Below the pieces are notes generated by a model. That model was not told the DNA's origin. It searched no databases and saw only the letters and a program-made list of their open reading frames with translations. Of a stretch of 64,000 bases of DNA, positions 55,927 through 64,000 are shown piece by piece. The DNA lies in the NCBI GenBank assembly GCA_020852295.1, contig JADZBC010000009.1:216058-280057 (forward strand), written 5' to 3'. Made by a program: the position numbers and the translations under genes. The stretch's first letter is position 1. Each line of letters begins with the position of its first letter. This DNA comes from a bacterium. GTDB lineage: Bacteria > Patescibacteriota > Saccharimonadia > CAILAD01 > JADZBC01.

Positions 55927-55943
55927 TCCAAGTCGGGGCAACG

Positions 55944-56005
55944 CCCGGAGCGCGCAAGCGTTCCGGGTAGCCCCTGAGCCAATAGTCATGTTGGTTGAGG
56001 GGCTA
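55944..56005 (+). terminator. conserved 3-prime element 3: CCCGGAGCGC-GCAA-GCGTTCCGGG, then TAGCCCC-(TGAGC..GGTTGA)-GGGGCTA
   Basis: Same two-hairpin topology as elements 1 and 2, with compensatory stem changes. No U-tract. Confidence 0.5.
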
Positions 56006-56046
56006 GAGATAATCATTAAAAAGTGCTATAGTTGAAGCCTAATTAG

Positions 56047-57897
56047 GTGGCGACTGTAGACACGCAGGCGCTTATTTTTATGGCACAAAATCCCCAAAAC
56101 ATTCGAAATATTGCAATTATTGCCCACGTTGACCACGGTAAGACGACCTTGGTCGATGGTCTGCTCAAGCAGTCCAAGACATTTCGCGATAACCAGGCCG
56201 AGATGGAGCAGTCGCTCATCATGGACAGTGGTGATCAAGAGCGCGAACGGGGTATTACTATTACTGCCAAGGTAACTGCCGTCTCGCATGGCGATTACCG
56301 AATCAATATTATCGACACACCGGGTCACGCGGATTTCTCAGGTGAAGTGGAGCGAACGCTGAACATGGCTGATGGCTGTATTCTTGTCGTCGATGCTCAA
56401 GAGGGGCCAATGCCGCAGACGAAGTTTGTGCTCCAGCAGGCTTTGGTCAACAACCTCAAGCCAATCGTTGTTATCAATAAGATCGACAAGCCAGCCCGAC
56501 GTATCGCCGAGGTTGAGAATGAATTGGCCGATCTCTTTTTGGAGCTGGCAGTTCATGAGGATCAGCTCCATTACCCGATTTACTACGCGGTGGGTCGCGA
56601 AGGGAAAGCCTGGGCTCAGATGCCAGACGACCCAGAGTCGGCGGGCGACCTTGAAGTCCTGTTTGACGCTATCATCAAAGATATCCCGGCTCCAACGGTT
56701 GAGCTCGATAAGCCGCTCCAGATGCTCGTAACTGCCCTGAGCTATGATTCGTATAAAGGGAAGTACGCGGTCGGCCGTATTAACCGCGGTCAGGTCAAGG
56801 CCGGTGACAGCGTGATGATTTGTAAACTCGATGGCAAACAGGTCCGCGCCAAGATCGAAGGCGTTTTCATGAGTCACGGCCTCAGTCGGTTTGACGTACC
56901 AGTCGGTGTGGCGGGCGATATCGTCCAGCTCACTGGACTTGGCGACATCAAGATCGGCGAGACGGTGGCGGATGCAGAAAAGCCTGAGGCCCTACCGGTC
57001 ATGCAGGTTGAAGAGCCAACACTTAAGATCTACATTGGTCCAAACACCAGTCCATTTAAGGGTCAAGAGGGCGAATTTGTTACTAACAACCAGATTGGCG
57101 AGCGTCTACACAAAGAGCTCGAGACCAACATTGGTCTGCGCGTTGAAAATGAAGGCCTTGGATATCTTGTATCGGGTCGCGGTGAGTTGCACCTGAGCGT
57201 GCTGATTGAGAATATGCGCCGAGAAGGCTTTGAGATGGAAGTTGGTCGCCCGCAGGTCGTGACCCGCCAAGTCGACGGGAAGACTGAGGAGCCGCTGGAG
57301 GAGCTCATCATCGAGGTGCCGGCTGAGCACGTTGGAGCTGTGCAGATGGAGCTGGGAGCTCGACAGGCTCAGGCCAAGGAGCAGTTTGTGACGAGCAAAG
57401 GTGTTACCAAGCTCGTTTATGAAGTGCCTACTCGCGTGCTGCTTGGTTTGCGCAACATTTTAGTCACCAAGACCAAGGGTACGATTATTATGAACTCGCT
57501 CGTCATCGGCTATCAGCCACAGGGTCCAGCCCTCCGACAGCTTCGCAATGGCGTACTGATCGCCTATGAATCCGGCACTACCACACCATACGCGTTGCAG
57601 AGTGCTCAAGAGCGCGGCACCGTCTTCGTCGGGCCAGCCGTTAAGGTGTACGCTGGGCAGATTGTTGGCCTCAATGCTCGTAGTGACGACTTAGAAGTGA
57701 ATGTCTGTAAAGAGAAACACCTTACCAACATGCGTAGTAGTAGCAGTGATGGTGTTGTGCAGCTCACGCCGCCAACCATCTTAAGCCTTGAAGAGTGCAT
57801 CGACTTTATTGAGAATGATGAGCTGGTCGAGGTTACGCCAAAATCACTTCGTCTGCGCAAGCGTGAACTCAGCGCGAATCAGCGCAAGAAGCGCTAG
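56047..57897 (+). CDS. typA: translational GTPase TypA/BipA
   Basis: G1 motif AHVDHGKTTLVD, G3 motif DTPGHADF, and the BipA C-terminal domain. The start may be GTG at 56047 or ATG at 56080. Confidence 0.9.
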   Translation: MATVDTQALIFMAQNPQNIRNIAIIAHVDHGKTTLVDGLLKQSKTFRDNQAEMEQSLIMDSGDQERERGITITAKVTAVSHGDYRINIIDTPGHADFSGEVERTLNMADGCILVVDAQEGPMPQTKFVLQQALVNNLKPIVVINKIDKPARRIAEVENELADLFLELAVHEDQLHYPIYYAVGREGKAWAQMPDDPESAGDLEVLFDAIIKDIPAPTVELDKPLQMLVTALSYDSYKGKYAVGRINRGQVKAGDSVMICKLDGKQVRAKIEGVFMSHGLSRFDVPVGVAGDIVQLTGLGDIKIGETVADAEKPEALPVMQVEEPTLKIYIGPNTSPFKGQEGEFVTNNQIGERLHKELETNIGLRVENEGLGYLVSGRGELHLSVLIENMRREGFEMEVGRPQVVTRQVDGKTEEPLEELIIEVPAEHVGAVQMELGARQAQAKEQFVTSKGVTKLVYEVPTRVLLGLRNILVTKTKGTIIMNSLVIGYQPQGPALRQLRNGVLIAYESGTTTPYALQSAQERGTVFVGPAVKVYAGQIVGLNARSDDLEVNVCKEKHLTNMRSSSSDGVVQLTPPTILSLEECIDFIENDELVEVTPKSLRLRKRELSANQRKKR

Positions 57898-58060
57898 CCA
57901 AAGTTAATAGAGCCTTACGCTGAAAATAACACCCAGTTAAAACAGGGTGTTATTTTTTTAGAAAACTATTGTCGCGAAGTCTTAAAATGATGGTATTATT
58001 GAAATAACATAAGCACAATGTGCCTTATAATAGTATTGATTTTAGGAAGGATACATATCT

Positions 58061-60424
58061 ATGGCATTACGCCGCAAGTCACGTAAGCACAAGACTACTC
58101 ATAAGGCAGCATTGCATCCACATCACGCCAAACCATACCGCAAGCGACATCTGTTTGCGCTTGGCTTCTTTACCGCTTCAGTATTGGCGGTTGCTTTCTT
58201 TGGTGCTCAAAATCTAGCCAATAACGCGGCGCTCCGAACTAGTGCACAGGATGCCGCCCAGAGCATTGCAGCGAAGAACACGTTGAATACCAGCCCAATC
58301 GTTATGCGCTCAAATCTTGGTTTTGAATTAACTTACGATCCGGGAATGTTTAGTGTTACAGCAACATCCATAGAAAAAGATGGTAAACCAAAGACTTATG
58401 ATTATGCTGCTAACACCCCAACACGAGATTATTCACTGGTGCAGTTTGTACCAGCCGACACAAGCAATCAGTATGACAAGTCAGCGTTGACAGTCTATGC
58501 GCCACAGGACAAAACAGTCATACAGGCGGATCTGGCCGGTGTTGCACAAAGTTACGCCGATCGATCTGATGCCACCTTCAATGTTATTACCTCAAAAACT
58601 GAGACAGCCACCATCAACGGTCAGTCGTACCAAAAGATCACCTACGACAGTGTACCAAAGGCACGTGCTGGTAAAACAAATCTGGCAACCGTACGATCTG
58701 TTATTTATGTCGGTATTCTCGGCAATAAAAAGCCGATCATTCTCAAGATTAGTGATGTTACCGATACGATTAGTCCGCTGTCCAAATACGAAGAAGTTGT
58801 GGGTAGTCTGAAGCAGACCGGTGCGGTGGCTGCAGCGGCAAGCTTTGATCGCCAGGTGCTCATGACGGCTGCCGACATTGTCACAAAACGTAGTGGCAAG
58901 TTGAGCCTGGCAAGCGCAAATGCGTTTACTGATCGCGCTGAGGCAGCTACGTTACCTGATGCTAGCTCACGTGTCACCAACGAATACACACCGGCAGTGA
59001 CGAAGATTTATCACCTCAACTGTGGGTCGATTACCTATCAGGGGCAACCGCTCCTGCGAGATGGCTGCCTTGGCGTTACCGGCACAGGCTTCTTTGTCTC
59101 GGCAGACGGCTACATTGCCACCAACGGCCACGTTGTTTCTACGACTGCCAAGGATATCGTAGCGTACTCACTCAGCGAAGAAGTGCTGCGTCGTATCTTT
59201 GAGATTGAAGGCTACTCGCCAGCGGAAATCGATGAGCTCATTAACACAGTGTTGTCTGATCCAACCGCAGCTGCTGCAGTGCTCGCCGCGATCTATAAGT
59301 TGCCCGAAGGCTACCTCAAGATCAATAATCAGCTTGATGTGTATCTAGCGACACTTGGGAAAGATGCCCCAGATACGAAGAGCTTCCTGCGATCCCGTAG
59401 CTATAGTGATACATCAACTATTAAAAATGCGAAGCTTATCGGCTATGACTACGACAGCGCCGATCTCGTATCGACCAAGTTCACGCACTCCGATGTGGCC
59501 TTGCTGAAGCTGGATGGCAAAGACTTTCCAGTTACGACTCTCGGTAGTATCGACGGTGTTTCCAAGGGTTCTAAGTTGACGGTTATCGGCTTCCCAGGAA
59601 TTGCCGATCAGGGTGGTGGCTTAACTGATGCTACCAAGATCGAAGCGACTGCTACAACCGGCACTGTCAGTGCGATTCGCGACAGTAATGACGGTAAGCG
59701 CAAGTTGATCCAGTCTGACGCGAAGATAAGTCACGGCAACAGTGGTGGTCCAGTATTTGACGAGTCAGGTAAAGTCTTCGGGCTCGCTACCTATGTTTTG
59801 ACCGGTGAAAATGGCGATAGTAACTACTCATATATGCGCGACATCAAAGACCTCAAGGACCTAGCGCGCGATAAGGGCGTTACGTTTGATACCAATAGTG
59901 CCACCCAAAAGGCTTGGTCGGCTGGTCTCGACAGCTTCTATAAGGCGCACTACACGGCTGCCATTAACAAGTTCAAAGAAGCTCAGAAGCTCTACCCGTC
60001 ACTTGCCTTGGCTGATGACCTTATCAAAACAGCGCAGACTAAGATTGCCAACGGGGAAGAAGTCCCAGAGCCAATTTGGAGCTTCCTGCTCTGGGGTGTT
60101 GGAATTCTCTCGCTGGGCGGTGCAGTCGTCATGGTTGTGATTATCTCCAAGCACCGTGTTAAGCATGCAGTTTACACGGCGACGAATGCTGGTCAGACGC
60201 CATTGGCCGCGGCAGTGCCTGCAATGGCTGGTGCTCCAGCTGCTGCACCAGCAACCGGTTTTTCCGCACCTAAAGTAGCAATGGGGCCAATGCCACCAAC
60301 GGCAGTCCAGCCACAGATGCAGCAACCTGTTGCACCACAACAGCCGCCAGCGCAACCGCCGGTGCAACCTCAGCCGCCGCAGGGCCCTACTCCGCCGCAA
60401 AATCCACCAACCATGCCAGTCTAA
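58061..60424 (+). CDS. membrane-anchored trypsin-like (S1/HtrA-type) serine protease with a large N-terminal domain and a Pro-rich C-terminal tail
   Basis: Catalytic triad context GHVV (His), SDVALLKL (Asp) and GNSGGPVFD (Ser). TM helices near both ends. The C-terminus is Pro/Gln-rich. Confidence 0.75.
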   Translation: MALRRKSRKHKTTHKAALHPHHAKPYRKRHLFALGFFTASVLAVAFFGAQNLANNAALRTSAQDAAQSIAAKNTLNTSPIVMRSNLGFELTYDPGMFSVTATSIEKDGKPKTYDYAANTPTRDYSLVQFVPADTSNQYDKSALTVYAPQDKTVIQADLAGVAQSYADRSDATFNVITSKTETATINGQSYQKITYDSVPKARAGKTNLATVRSVIYVGILGNKKPIILKISDVTDTISPLSKYEEVVGSLKQTGAVAAAASFDRQVLMTAADIVTKRSGKLSLASANAFTDRAEAATLPDASSRVTNEYTPAVTKIYHLNCGSITYQGQPLLRDGCLGVTGTGFFVSADGYIATNGHVVSTTAKDIVAYSLSEEVLRRIFEIEGYSPAEIDELINTVLSDPTAAAAVLAAIYKLPEGYLKINNQLDVYLATLGKDAPDTKSFLRSRSYSDTSTIKNAKLIGYDYDSADLVSTKFTHSDVALLKLDGKDFPVTTLGSIDGVSKGSKLTVIGFPGIADQGGGLTDATKIEATATTGTVSAIRDSNDGKRKLIQSDAKISHGNSGGPVFDESGKVFGLATYVLTGENGDSNYSYMRDIKDLKDLARDKGVTFDTNSATQKAWSAGLDSFYKAHYTAAINKFKEAQKLYPSLALADDLIKTAQTKIANGEEVPEPIWSFLLWGVGILSLGGAVVMVVIISKHRVKHAVYTATNAGQTPLAAAVPAMAGAPAAAPATGFSAPKVAMGPMPPTAVQPQMQQPVAPQQPPAQPPVQPQPPQGPTPPQNPPTMPV

Positions 60425-60438
60425 CAAGATAGGCAGTC

Positions 60439-60471
60439 GAGGCCCATCGTTTGATGGGCCTCGTGTATAAT
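60439..60471 (+). promoter_or_regulatory. terminator hairpin GAGGCCCATC-GTTT-GATGGGCCTC, immediately followed by extended -10 TGTATAAT
   Basis: Perfect 10-bp stem after the protease stop. TGnTATAAT sits 24 nt upstream of the heliorhodopsin ATG, which has an AGAGG RBS. Confidence 0.55.
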
Positions 60472-60495
60472 GTACGTATAAACATAAGAGGTTAC

Positions 60496-61266
60496 ATGGC
60501 GACGCAAAGTCAGAAGATTACAAAACTGGTTCGATTTAATCGCATCATGGCCGCCCTCCATTTCCTTCAGGGCGTAGCAATGGTATTGCTTAGTAAGAAT
60601 TTTACATTGCCCATTCAGGCAAATTTCTTGAGTTTTGACGTAAAGACCCAAAGCCTCGTTCCTGCCACCAAGACTCTCTTTGATCTGCCGTTAGCTTGGC
60701 TCGTAGCTGGCTTTTTATTTATGTCAGCTGCTGCACACCTCATAATCTCGACCATTTATAAGAAGCGCTACGAGAAGGGGCTCAAGCAGGGTATCAATCG
60801 GGCTCGTTGGATCGAATACTCTATTTCAGCCAGTACCATGATGGTGGCGATTGCTCTGCTGGTTGGTATCTATGACGCGGGGCTTTTGATTGCTATCTTT
60901 GCGCTAACTGCTGTCATGAACTTGCTGGGTTTGGTTATGGAGATCCACAATCAAACTACTCAAAAAACAAATTGGGTTAGCTATATCGTAGGCTGCATCA
61001 GCGGAATAGTACCCTGGATTGTGGTAGCACTTTACTTCTGGTCAGCTGCCCAGTACGGTGACGGCAAAATCCCAGACTTTGTGTACTGGATATATGTCAG
61101 TATTTTTATCTTCTTCAACTGCTTTGCCATCAATATGATTCTGCAATACAAGAAGTGGGGCAAGTGGTCAGACTACCTTTATGGTGAGCGCGCCTACATC
61201 ATCCTGAGTCTTGTTGCGAAATCGCTTCTTGCGTGGCAGGTTTTTGCCGGTACACTGCGCCCCTAG
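60496..61266 (+). CDS. heliorhodopsin (7-TM retinal protein)
   Basis: Close match to characterised heliorhodopsin blocks: FNRI near the N-terminus, WIEYSISAS, GCISGIVPWI, and KWSDYLYGERAYIILSLVAKSLLAWQVFAGTL. The Schiff-base Lys sits in VAKS. Seven hydrophobic helices. Confidence 0.85.
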   Translation: MATQSQKITKLVRFNRIMAALHFLQGVAMVLLSKNFTLPIQANFLSFDVKTQSLVPATKTLFDLPLAWLVAGFLFMSAAAHLIISTIYKKRYEKGLKQGINRARWIEYSISASTMMVAIALLVGIYDAGLLIAIFALTAVMNLLGLVMEIHNQTTQKTNWVSYIVGCISGIVPWIVVALYFWSAAQYGDGKIPDFVYWIYVSIFIFFNCFAINMILQYKKWGKWSDYLYGERAYIILSLVAKSLLAWQVFAGTLRP

Positions 61267-61384
61267 CACAAAAAATAGACATTATTTAGAAATTATTGTA
61301 TAATTCTAATCGTATGATGAATGTCGAGCTCTATGAAGGTTTTCTCGCTGTTCATTAGTGAAGAAAACATAACGAAAGGCATTC

Positions 61385-62599
61385 ATGAGAAAGCGATCTT
61401 TTTCGCGTCCAAGCTCACCACGCAGTGGTGGCCAGTTTCGACGTAACGGTAGGGTAGTAAATTTTAACAGTCGACCAAAACGCGGTCCTGCAGCGATTGA
61501 CCCACAGCGGTTCATCAATAAAGCAATAGCGCCAGTTGAGCAAGAGGTCTATGTACCTCATCATCAGTTTACGGATTTTGCTTTTACCGAAGGACTGAAA
61601 GCAAATATTATTAAGCGCGGTTTTACCGCCCCAACCCCAATCCAAGATAAATCCATAACGCCGGTGCTTGAAGGGCGAGACCTGATTGGTCTGGCCAATA
61701 CGGGTACCGGTAAGACGGCAGCCTTTTTGCTGCCCCTAATTGATCACATGCAGCGCCGCAACGGTCGTGGGACCGTACTGATTGTCGTGCCCACACGAGA
61801 GCTAGCAGTGCAGATTGATGATGAGTTTCGAGAATTTGGCAAAGGCTTGCGACTATATTCGGCACTCTGTGTTGGCGGCGCGAGTATGAATCGACAAATC
61901 GAGCAGTTGCGACGCCGGCCGCAGTTTGTGATCGGTACGCCGGGACGTCTCAAGGACTTGGTCCAGCAACGCGTACTGAAGCTTGAGCACACCAACGCGT
62001 TGGTGCTCGATGAGGCTGATCGCATGCTCGACATGGGCTTTATTAACGATATTGAATTTCTGATGAGTAAGCTGCCAGAAGAGCGCCAGTCACTTTGTTT
62101 TTCGGCAACGCTTAGTCCGGAGATCGAGCGCTTAGTGCATCGTTTGCTCAAAGACCCGGTGACTGTATCAGTGCGAACCGCCGAAACAAGTCAGAATGTC
62201 GATCAGGACATTGTGCGGGCTGGCAGCAAAGAGGAGAAGCTGGAGCTTCTTATTGACCTACTTAAGCAAGAAGATTTTGACAAGGTGTTGGTGTTTGGTC
62301 AGACAAAGTGGGGAGTGCAACGCTTGGCCGACACTTTGAAGAAGCACGATATTGTAGCTGAAGCCATTCACGGCGACAAGTCTCAGCCACAGCGCCAGAA
62401 AGCACTGCGGGCCTTCAAGAATAACCAAGCGAAAGTATTGGTGGCGACCGACGTTGCGGCGCGCGGACTCGACATTCCAAATGTTTCGCACGTGATCAAC
62501 TTTGATCAGCCTAATAACTATGACGATTACATCCACCGTATCGGTCGAACCGGTCGTGGTGGCAAGGCCGGCAAAGCACTGACCTTCGTCGCACACTAA
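61385..62599 (+). CDS. DEAD-box ATP-dependent RNA helicase
   Basis: Q-motif, TGTGKTAAF, DEAD, SAT and HRIGRTGRGG motifs. An Arg/Ser-rich N-terminal tail. A roughly 80-nt 5-prime UTR follows a TGTATAAT. Confidence 0.85.
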   Translation: MRKRSFSRPSSPRSGGQFRRNGRVVNFNSRPKRGPAAIDPQRFINKAIAPVEQEVYVPHHQFTDFAFTEGLKANIIKRGFTAPTPIQDKSITPVLEGRDLIGLANTGTGKTAAFLLPLIDHMQRRNGRGTVLIVVPTRELAVQIDDEFREFGKGLRLYSALCVGGASMNRQIEQLRRRPQFVIGTPGRLKDLVQQRVLKLEHTNALVLDEADRMLDMGFINDIEFLMSKLPEERQSLCFSATLSPEIERLVHRLLKDPVTVSVRTAETSQNVDQDIVRAGSKEEKLELLIDLLKQEDFDKVLVFGQTKWGVQRLADTLKKHDIVAEAIHGDKSQPQRQKALRAFKNNQAKVLVATDVAARGLDIPNVSHVINFDQPNNYDDYIHRIGRTGRGGKAGKALTFVAH

Positions 62600-62649
62600 A
62601 AGTCTCTGGCCAATAGGCGTATAATTGAACTGTAAGCAAGGAGAAATAT

Positions 62650-63039
62650 ATGTCGACTTACATTCATGATGCAAAGGACAAAGCCAAAGAAAACAGCTAT
62701 TTCCGCCAAGTAGTAGCACACTCAGACAAGACCCAGGTGGTCTTGATGAGCTTGCTACCAGGTGAAGATATTGGTATGGAAGTGCACCCCAACGAGGATC
62801 AGGTGCTCTACTGCGTAGCGGGTAGCGGTAAATGTGTTTTGGATGGTGCTGAGCACTCGTTTGAGAAGGGGGATGTGGTGCTTGTCAGTGCCGGTACTGA
62901 GCACAACTTTATCAACGGTGACGATGAACCAATGAAGATTATCACTACCTACTCACCACCTCACCACAAGGATGGCACTGTTCACAAGACAAAAGCCGAT
63001 GCCGAAGCAGCTGAGGCTGCAGAACACGGCGACTCCTAG
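62650..63039 (+). CDS. cupin-domain protein
   Basis: Cupin motifs G(x)5HxH-like (MEVHPNEDQVLYCVAG) and GTEHNF. Confidence 0.7.
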   Translation: MSTYIHDAKDKAKENSYFRQVVAHSDKTQVVLMSLLPGEDIGMEVHPNEDQVLYCVAGSGKCVLDGAEHSFEKGDVVLVSAGTEHNFINGDDEPMKIITTYSPPHHKDGTVHKTKADAEAAEAAEHGDS

Positions 63040-63056
63040 TCTTTTACAAAAGACAC

Positions 63057-63085
63057 AAAAAGGCAACCAATTAGGTTGCCTTTTT
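63057..63085 (+). terminator. AAAAGGCAACC-AATTA-GGTTGCC followed by TTTTT
   Basis: Perfect 7-bp stem with flanking A-run and U-tract. Its 3-prime half doubles as the -35 (TTGCCT) of the next promoter (TTGCCT-17-TATAGT). Confidence 0.65.
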
Positions 63086-63143
63086 AGTAAAATTATGTTA
63101 TAGTATCAACCTTCGTTTTGTTCGTCTAGCGGGGAGGTATCCC

Positions 63144-63854
63144 ATGGAAGCGAAGAAGCCATCTGCCCGCGAGCTCGTCTCACTGGCAGTTCTCGTGACG
63201 GTCTTCACTTGGTTGAGCCGTCGTCGTGTTGGACTCGGCCTCAGCCGAGCACGGAGTGGCTGGAAGGCCAACCCGCTGCGCATGGTTGCGCAACTGGTCA
63301 CCTCGGTGATCATCGGCCAGGGCATCTTCTGGCTGGTGGGTTACGACCAGCTTGGTATCAGCATGAACCCGACTCATCAGATGGGTCGACTCAAGCAATT
63401 GGCCGAGCGATTGGCTGAGAAGGTGCCGGATGACCCGCTCTGGGCCTGGCTCCTCAAGGCGCTTGAAATCGCCACCGACTTCGGGAAGTGCCCGATCGAG
63501 GGAGCGGTTTACCTGCGTCACGGCATCGTCAGCGATGCCGTAGCGGCTGGTGTGACGCAGCCATGGTGGAGTGTGGTCGAGGGAGCTGAGAAGTTCAACG
63601 GGGCGCTGATGCATCCCGAGCGGGTCAACACCCGTGAGCAGATCGCGCTCTCGATCGGCTGCACACTCGGCAGCCTATTCCGCTACCTGTTGGCCGCGAT
63701 CGTGTGGTTCGGTGGCGGTGTCATCAATCGCCAGCTGACCGATCGACTCGAACGCGGCTATCGCGAGCTGGACCCCGTGATCATCACTGGTTCTGGTGTG
63801 GTGGTGGCAGTCATCATCGGTCACGGCCTTCGGGTCGGCAACCAGACGAACTGA
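63144..63854 (+). CDS. hypothetical polytopic membrane protein, high-GC island gene
   Basis: GGGGAGG RBS. GC3-rich. Four or more TM helices. Followed by a complex GC hairpin. Confidence 0.55.
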   Translation: MEAKKPSARELVSLAVLVTVFTWLSRRRVGLGLSRARSGWKANPLRMVAQLVTSVIIGQGIFWLVGYDQLGISMNPTHQMGRLKQLAERLAEKVPDDPLWAWLLKALEIATDFGKCPIEGAVYLRHGIVSDAVAAGVTQPWWSVVEGAEKFNGALMHPERVNTREQIALSIGCTLGSLFRYLLAAIVWFGGGVINRQLTDRLERGYRELDPVIITGSGVVVAVIIGHGLRVGNQTN

Positions 63855-63861
63855 AGTACGA

Positions 63862-63919
63862 CCCCGGTGGGCACAGCGATCTCGAATCCGTCCTGCCGGG
63901 GTCGCTGTGCGTTTATTTG
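63862..63919 (+). terminator. nested GC hairpins (CCCCGG..CCGGGG; CACAGCGA..TCGCTGTG) followed by TTTATTT
   Basis: Lie directly after the island membrane-protein stop. Confidence 0.45.
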
Positions 63920-63974
63920 ATACTACTCGAATCTGAGTTGGTTTTGAGTTACAATTGTTGGTATATAACGCTTA

Positions 63975-64000
63975 TGGATATCAAAAAAGTACCAGCTTCA
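63975..64000 (+). CDS. start of an unidentified gene (3-prime partial at window edge)
   Basis: An ATG sits 6 nt after a TATATAAC -10-like element. The reading frame MDIKKVPAS stays open to the end of the window. Confidence 0.3.

Noticed and set aside
54733-56005. Interpretation of the cassette 3-prime elements as integron attC sites
   Set aside because: No RYYYAAC/GTTRRRY core sites are present. The GGTTGAGG sequence ends in G, not a pyrimidine. Each cassette has its own promoter. No intI-like gene is nearby. The resemblance is architectural only.

Overview
The window is a 64 kb chromosomal segment from a small-genome, moderate-GC bacterium (about 50% GC, reduced gene set; consistent with a Saccharibacteria/CPR-like or similarly streamlined monoderm, though this cannot be proven from sequence alone).

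Housekeeping content, with ancestral gene order:
- tRNA thiolation: 5-prime-partial cysteine desulfurase, then mnmA.
- Translation: alaS (short form), leuS, rpmF, nusB, rpsP, a KH-domain protein, trmD, typA, and a DEAD-box helicase.
- Cell division and cell wall: ftsA, ruvX, mltG, a LysM-CHAP hydrolase, two Mur-ligase paralogs, a DegT aminotransferase, and FemAB.
- Other core functions: obg, rnc, smc, nrdJ, CorA, a VIT-family transporter, an Nramp-like transporter, a DedA-family protein, tRNA-Ala(GGC) and tRNA-Gln(CUG).

Recurring regulatory architecture:
- Many native genes look leaderless: a TATAAT sits 6-8 nt upstream of the ATG.
- GC-rich intrinsic terminators are frequent.

Most striking feature: at least seven compositionally foreign high-GC islands (about 65-70% GC, with third codon positions nearly all G/C) are inserted into conserved housekeeping synteny.
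- Each island carries its own AT-rich sigma70-like promoter, a GGAGG-type RBS and a GC-rich hairpin terminator.
- Two islands are organised as cassette arrays with conserved boundaries and variable cargo.
  - At 54.25-56.0 kb there are three tandem cassettes: TTGAAA-17-TAnAGT promoter, then a hairpin, then the conserved CCGTTCCCCGACA leader, then an unrelated small ORF, then a GNRA hairpin and a CCCC..TGAGC..GGTTGA..GGGG hairpin with a U-tract.
  - At 35.9-37.2 kb a roughly 680 bp unit is tandemly duplicated. The unit comprises a TTGACA-17-TAATAT promoter, a structured roughly 105 nt leader with mutually exclusive hairpins and compensatory substitutions, a small ORF, and a 97%-identical roughly 108 nt 3-prime repeat. 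The two ORFs are paralogs that diverge strongly.
  - Convergent on this duplicated pair is a high-GC glutathionylspermidine-synthase-like (YgiC/YjfC family) ATP-grasp amidoligase.
- The other islands are:
  - a CDP-alcohol phosphatidyltransferase (7.4-8.3 kb);
  - a 143-aa protein (16.1 kb);
  - an 80-aa ORF abutting tRNA-Ala (16.9 kb);
  - a 2-gene insert including an alpha/beta hydrolase, which splits the normally adjacent rnc and smc (29.5-31.2 kb);
  - a membrane protein (63.1-63.9 kb).

A clear heliorhodopsin gene is present at 60496-61266.

No CRISPR array, transposase or integrase was found in the window.
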